A stretch of 55,793 nt of DNA from a virus. Lineage: Duplodnaviria > Caudoviricetes. How positions within the stretch are numbered: position 1 is the first letter of the stretch; the number at the start of each line of letters is the position of its first letter. Where the stretch lies: IMG/VR virus record IMGVR_UViG_3300046011_004185, positions 1-55,793 of that record. One strand, given 5' to 3'. The position numbers were made by a program, and so were the translations under genes. Positions 55,391 through 55,793 of the stretch are shown one piece after another. Under the pieces are notes generated by a model. That model saw nothing but the letters and a program-made list of their open reading frames with translations, made no database searches and was not told the DNA's origin.

Positions 55391-55539
55391 GTTGCCATCT
55401 CCCAGCAGTAGGTAACCCCTTTCGGGGCATACTCGTTTAAGTTCTCAGCCATCTCTTGAGCCTCAAACTTCTCCCATGAGAACCAGACCAGCTCGGTCTT
55501 GGCTCCCTCAAACCTAATTACATTCCAACCTTTACCCAT
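55387..55539 (-). CDS. Small hypothetical protein (50 aa; not in the ORF track)
   Basis: GAGGAG RBS; MGKGWNVIRFEGAKTELVWFSWEKFEAQEMAENLNEYAPKGVTYCWEMAT. Confidence 0.6.
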   Translation of the reverse strand: MGKGWNVIRFEGAKTELVWFSWEKFEAQEMAENLNEYAPKGVTYCWEMAT

Positions 55540-55553
55540 TTCTATCTCCTCAA

Positions 55554-55571
55554 TGGGGGCCGAAGCCCCCA
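55554..55571 (-). promoter_or_regulatory. Stable intergenic cUUCGg hairpin without a U-tract
   Basis: TGGGGGC-TTCG-GCCCCCA directly before the RBS of the gene starting at 55539. Confidence 0.55.
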
Positions 55572-55574
55572 GAT

Positions 55575-55793
55575 TTAAGCTGTTATGAAGGCATCCGATT
55601 TCTTATGATTACGACCCTGATCAAATATCTTCTGCGACTCTGAAACATAATCAAGTTTCTCATCTGCGTATGGTCCCCATTTCTGGCAAAACTTTAATAA
55701 CGCTTTAAGATCAGACATTTTGTGCCAGTACTCTTGTTCTGCGTGTAGATCCAATTCGTGCAAACAGAGATAGCAAAGGTCCGCAATCTTTGT
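55575..55793 (-). CDS. 3' part of the junction-spanning 96-aa protein
   Basis: The frame continues from the ATG at 201 once the 126-bp overlap is merged. Confidence 0.8.
   Translation of the reverse strand, partial: TKIADLCYLCLHELDLHAEQEYWHKMSDLKALLKFCQKWGPYADEKLDYVSESQKIFDQGRNHKKSDAFITA
55668..55793. repeat. Terminal overlap copy 2 (126 bp)
   Basis: Identical to 4-129. Confidence 0.95.

Noticed and set aside
55668-55793. Biological direct terminal repeat
   Set aside because: The 126-bp exact overlap falls inside a coding sequence and has the size expected of an assembler k-mer overlap; it does not mark physical genome ends
1-55793. tRNA genes and stop-codon reassignment
   Set aside because: GGTTCGA-like strings lie inside coding regions with no cloverleaf, and core genes are full length in the standard code; tRNAscan-SE would be the definitive check

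Overview
This window is an apparently complete, circularly permuted genome of a tailed dsDNA phage. Positions 4-129 are identical to 55668-55793 (126 bp), giving a unit length of 55,664 bp, and one ORF reads across the join. The gene content looks podovirus-like. The minus strand carries TerS, TerL, a 1295-aa multidomain protein, portal, a GroES-like co-chaperonin, scaffold, a Mu-gpT-type major capsid protein, adaptors, a long fibre with three receptor-binding cassettes, a lysis cassette (M15 peptidase, holin-like proteins), a nozzle and four probable ejection proteins, the last with an SLT domain. A replication and recombination region (Cro-like HTH, YdaU/DUF1376 initiator, SF4 helicase, RusA, SSB-like protein, PD-(D/E)XK exonuclease) is split by a divergent promoter near 5.5 kb. 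I saw no integrase, CI repressor, DNA polymerase, tRNA, CRISPR array or reverse transcriptase. A Gram-negative, probably proteobacterial host is inferred only. The most striking unexplained signal is a short peptide motif, [MYFLK]-x-x-G-G-x-[VILA]. It occurs about 12-14 times in one basic protein near the capsid gene and recurs as linker or C-terminal tags on several otherwise unrelated late proteins, suggesting a shared cargo-tag, cleavage or chaperonin-binding system. Other highlights are a double-pseudoknot RNA downstream of the capsid gene (Mu-gpT-DE-like), a structured non-coding region upstream of the packaging genes, a dispersed 24-34 bp repeat, three parallel adhesin cassettes and a Rap1a/Tai-like protein. 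All family calls come from motif recognition by eye; no searches were run.
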